The position numbers and the translations under genes are program-made. From Mayamaea pseudoterrestris (taxonomy: Eukaryota), in the NCBI GenBank assembly GCA_027923505.1, contig BROI01000027.1, positions 372,001-423,632 on the forward strand: a stretch of DNA of 51,632 nucleotides, given 5' to 3'. Position 1 is the stretch's first letter. Every line of letters begins with the position of its first letter. The notes below the pieces were generated by a model, which was given only the letters and a program-made list of their open reading frames with translations, had not been told where the DNA came from and made no database searches. Below, piece by piece: positions 48,460 to 51,632 of this stretch.

Positions 48460-51400
48460 ATGTCCGACCGAATCCAACGAGAGCGACAGCAGCAACAGTC
48501 AGCATTTCAGTTACACAATGCCGACGACTCGACGATTCAGTCCATGCAAAGCATGAATACAATGACTTCCAGCATGACTGCCTTGGAAGCGGAACGCCTC
48601 ATGCGTCTCTGTCTCGGTGAAGCGGAATTCTTTCGCCTGCAGCAGGCGGTGCAAGTCATGCAGTCGGTGGTGCGAACATTCTTGGCGCAATCAAGTTATT
48701 CCAAGTTTCGTCGCGCCGTCATTCAGTTGCAGTCTCTTGTGAGAGCTAGATTGGAGCGACTGCGGTTTGCCGCGAAACTGCGTCTACTGATTCAGACGCG
48801 AGACGCAGCCGTCCAGTGGCAAGCACTGTGGCGCGCCTATGCAACGCGAAGCAACTACCTTGACCAAAAGTACGCGGTGACGATTATGCAAGCCCTGTTT
48901 CGAGGCAACATTGATCGCAGGATTGTCACTATTGTCAAGCAAATGAGACGGCGCGTACAATTATGCTCCATTGTGCGAATACAGGCTACATGGAGGTGCT
49001 ACTTGGCGGAACGGCTCTACGTGACGCTGCGTCGACTGCATCCCAGCGTCGGGCGGGCCAATCATGCCATTGTTACCGTGCAGAGTCAAGTACGATGCTG
49101 CATTGCCGTGAAAACCTTTCAAACGTGTCGCTCCAGTGCAATCATGATTCAGTCCTTGTTTCGCTGCTTTGCGGCTCGCACCAACGTTTCCACCCGACGC
49201 GCGCGACGACGAATTGCGGCGGCAGTGCGAGCGATGAAAGACTTTTGGAAAGCGCATCGAGAGACGCGAGACTTTGTGGCTGATCGAGCGGCGGCAGTCA
49301 CGTATTTGCATCAAGTACATGGCTGCAATTTAAAGTTTCGTCGAATGCAATTAAAACTGCTGGCTGCGACAACCATTCAGAATGCTTGGCGGCGCTACAA
49401 AGCGCAACGACAGTTTCAAGCTGCAAAGCAAGCGGCAACTACAATTCAAGCCTTTATAAGACGATATCTAGCCATCAAACTGTATCTTCAGGGAGTGGTA
49501 GTTGTAATGCAATTGCAGGCCGTGCTGCGCGGACATTTTGAGCGAAGGCACGCCACTGTAATATGTACGCGGAGAAAAGCGACGCTGGCCGCCGTGATAG
49601 TACAATCTCAGTGGCGAACTTGGCATGCGCAGCAAAGATTATTGACTGCTTTGACTGCCGCAAGGCGTATACAATCCTACTGGCGGCGCTTTTGGGCCAT
49701 TCGATTGCTTGACGAACAACGAAATGCCGCTTTGACGATTCAAGCGTTTCAACGAGGCTGCATGGCGAGACGGGAGGCTGAGTTGAGGCGGACAGCCAAA
49801 CAGATGATGAATGCAGCCACTATTATTCAATGCTTGTTTCGAGGCTATCTGCAGCAGAAACTTTGGAGAAGCGATCGACTCTGCATCATTGCTATTCAAG
49901 CTCAGGTTCGTCGAAACCATGCGGTGGATGGCTTCCAAAGGCATTTGCTCCTAGTGATACGGCTTCAAGCTGTAATTCGAGCAAGTATTGAACGACACAA
50001 CGCAATTGAACTGTATGATTGCGTTCAACAAGCAACGGCGGCCACCAAACTTGCCAGCATGTGGCGAGCCGCAGCGTTCAAACGAAGGTATTGGCTTGCC
50101 AAAAGATCTATTGTCAAGATTCAAGCTTGCGTGCGAGCGCATCAGCATGAACGACAATTTGCAAAATACCAAGGACTGTTAAAGAGGCTACAAGCTGTGA
50201 CCCGGGCGTATCTTGTACGGCGTGAAGCTAAAGGTGTTTTAGTTCGAGTGAAGCAGCATGAGGCAGCGGTTGAAATACAAGCTGTCGTTCGCGGTCATGT
50301 TGCTCGCTATCAGACAATCAACATTATTGCTCGCGCACAGCAACACATGGCCGCGATTGAACTCCAAGCTGCAATACGTGGTCATGTTGCTCGCTGTCAA
50401 ACAGTAGACATACTTGGTCGGGTGCAGCGGCATATGGCAGCGATTTCTGTGCAAGCTGTTATGCGTGGCCACATCGAGCGTTGTCAGACCATCAAGCTTA
50501 TTGCTCGTGTAAAGCAGCACGCGGCAGCAATAACCATTCAAACCTGCTTGCGCAGGTTTTTAGCTCAGAAACTGTTTGGAACTCGTCAATTTGCAATTCT
50601 GTTACTACAATCTGTCATAAGAGGGCGCAGCGCAATGATGGTTTTCCAAAGGCAACGAGCGACAATTGTGAAAACTCAAAGTACTGTGCGGGGTCGTTTG
50701 GCGCGGCTTGCGACAGCGCAACTTCGTGCGCAAAACTTGCGTTACAAGGCCGCATTAATGATGTGCTGTTATTGGAGAAGCTTTGCAGCACGGTCGGCTT
50801 ACCAATCAGCCAAGAAAGCTGCAATCACTATTCAAGCCTGCGTCAGACGCCATCGCGTTTCTCGGCAACTTGATAAACAATATGTTGCTGTAATACAGAT
50901 GCAGAGTTTGACTAGAAAATATCAAGCTCATCGGAGAGTTCGCCGAATGCGGGCGATAATCCGACTCGCTCGTTTACGCTCTGAGGCGCTGCGTAAAGAA
51001 GCTTCCGCAGTTCAAATACAAACGACATGGCGACGCAAGCTTGCGCATCAGGCTTTGAAACTATCGCGACAATCAACTGTTGTTCTGCAGACTTGGATTC
51101 GGCGGCGTCATGCAATGCGATTGCTACATCAGAGGCGTTTGGCCGCCTTACAAATACAATCTTTCTTTCGAAGATTACTCGCTGTGAAGCACGTCAAATT
51201 GCTGCGATCGACAACTTTAGCTATGTTAAGTTCTGCAGTGCAAATACAAAGCAACGTGCGCCTTTTTTTGGCGAAGAGGGCATTCCGTACAAGTAAAGCC
51301 AATTGCACAAAGTTGCAAGCTCATGTTCGGGCTCGTCATTGTCGAGCCCTATTGCGCGAGATGATTGTCCGTAAACGAGGGGTTCAACAAATTCAAGCTA

Positions 51401-51632
51401 CCTTGCGGGGTCACTTGTGTCGTACGGCAGAAAGATTTTTACTGCTTAAAAGAACCGAGGCTGTCCTTTTGATCATTGAATGCTGGCGACGTTATAAGGT
51501 TCGCAAAGAGTCGTTGGCGAGAGTCGTCGCAACAATCAAAATACAGTGCATGTTTCGACGCAATCAAGCGCGGTTGGTGTATGAGGAAGTAAAGCTGGAT
51601 AAAGTGCATCTTAGTGCTTTGCGTACAGCGGT
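48460..51632 (+). CDS. IQ-motif-rich calmodulin-binding protein (ASPM/abnormal-spindle-like IQ array), partial; runs off the window end
   Basis: Manual translation: ATG at 48460 (MSDRIQRERQQQQ) and no stop for more than 1050 codons; dozens of IQxxxRxxxxR motifs, e.g. IQNAWRRYKAQR, IQAVVRGHVAR. Confidence 0.9.
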   Translation, partial: MSDRIQRERQQQQSAFQLHNADDSTIQSMQSMNTMTSSMTALEAERLMRLCLGEAEFFRLQQAVQVMQSVVRTFLAQSSYSKFRRAVIQLQSLVRARLERLRFAAKLRLLIQTRDAAVQWQALWRAYATRSNYLDQKYAVTIMQALFRGNIDRRIVTIVKQMRRRVQLCSIVRIQATWRCYLAERLYVTLRRLHPSVGRANHAIVTVQSQVRCCIAVKTFQTCRSSAIMIQSLFRCFAARTNVSTRRARRRIAAAVRAMKDFWKAHRETRDFVADRAAAVTYLHQVHGCNLKFRRMQLKLLAATTIQNAWRRYKAQRQFQAAKQAATTIQAFIRRYLAIKLYLQGVVVVMQLQAVLRGHFERRHATVICTRRKATLAAVIVQSQWRTWHAQQRLLTALTAARRIQSYWRRFWAIRLLDEQRNAALTIQAFQRGCMARREAELRRTAKQMMNAATIIQCLFRGYLQQKLWRSDRLCIIAIQAQVRRNHAVDGFQRHLLLVIRLQAVIRASIERHNAIELYDCVQQATAATKLASMWRAAAFKRRYWLAKRSIVKIQACVRAHQHERQFAKYQGLLKRLQAVTRAYLVRREAKGVLVRVKQHEAAVEIQAVVRGHVARYQTINIIARAQQHMAAIELQAAIRGHVARCQTVDILGRVQRHMAAISVQAVMRGHIERCQTIKLIARVKQHAAAITIQTCLRRFLAQKLFGTRQFAILLLQSVIRGRSAMMVFQRQRATIVKTQSTVRGRLARLATAQLRAQNLRYKAALMMCCYWRSFAARSAYQSAKKAAITIQACVRRHRVSRQLDKQYVAVIQMQSLTRKYQAHRRVRRMRAIIRLARLRSEALRKEASAVQIQTTWRRKLAHQALKLSRQSTVVLQTWIRRRHAMRLLHQRRLAALQIQSFFRRLLAVKHVKLLRSTTLAMLSSAVQIQSNVRLFLAKRAFRTSKANCTKLQAHVRARHCRALLREMIVRKRGVQQIQATLRGHLCRTAERFLLLKRTEAVLLIIECWRRYKVRKESLARVVATIKIQCMFRRNQARLVYEEVKLDKVHLSALRTA

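Noticed and set aside
48961..51296. Short ORFs listed in the track across this interval
   Set aside because: They overlap the long open IQ-protein frame and are shadows of it

Overview
Eukaryotic, repeat-dense window, most likely a diatom or other stramenopile (inferred from CoDi-type Copia elements and an Ambal-like non-LTR fragment). (1) 1-23.6 kb holds several degenerate, rearranged copies of a multi-kb unit that has no annotated family I can name. The unit carries a divergent gene pair: a ~680-codon minus-strand ORF whose C-terminus reads like a TET/JBP-type Fe(II) dioxygenase apparently lacking the 2OG-binding Arg, and a plus-strand zinc-finger/poly-Q/acidic-repeat ORF. It also carries two satellite-like repeat families and, in one copy, the N-terminus of an IS630/Tc1-like transposase. 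(2) 23.7-47.8 kb is a three-level nest of Copia LTR retrotransposons (A contains B, which contains C), with 5-bp target duplications at each level, a captured or misassembled 28S rDNA/spacer block, and a 5467-bp tandem duplication. (3) From 48460 an intact host gene rich in IQ motifs (ASPM-like) runs off the end of the window; the ORF track missed it. All homology calls are from motifs read by eye; no searches were run.
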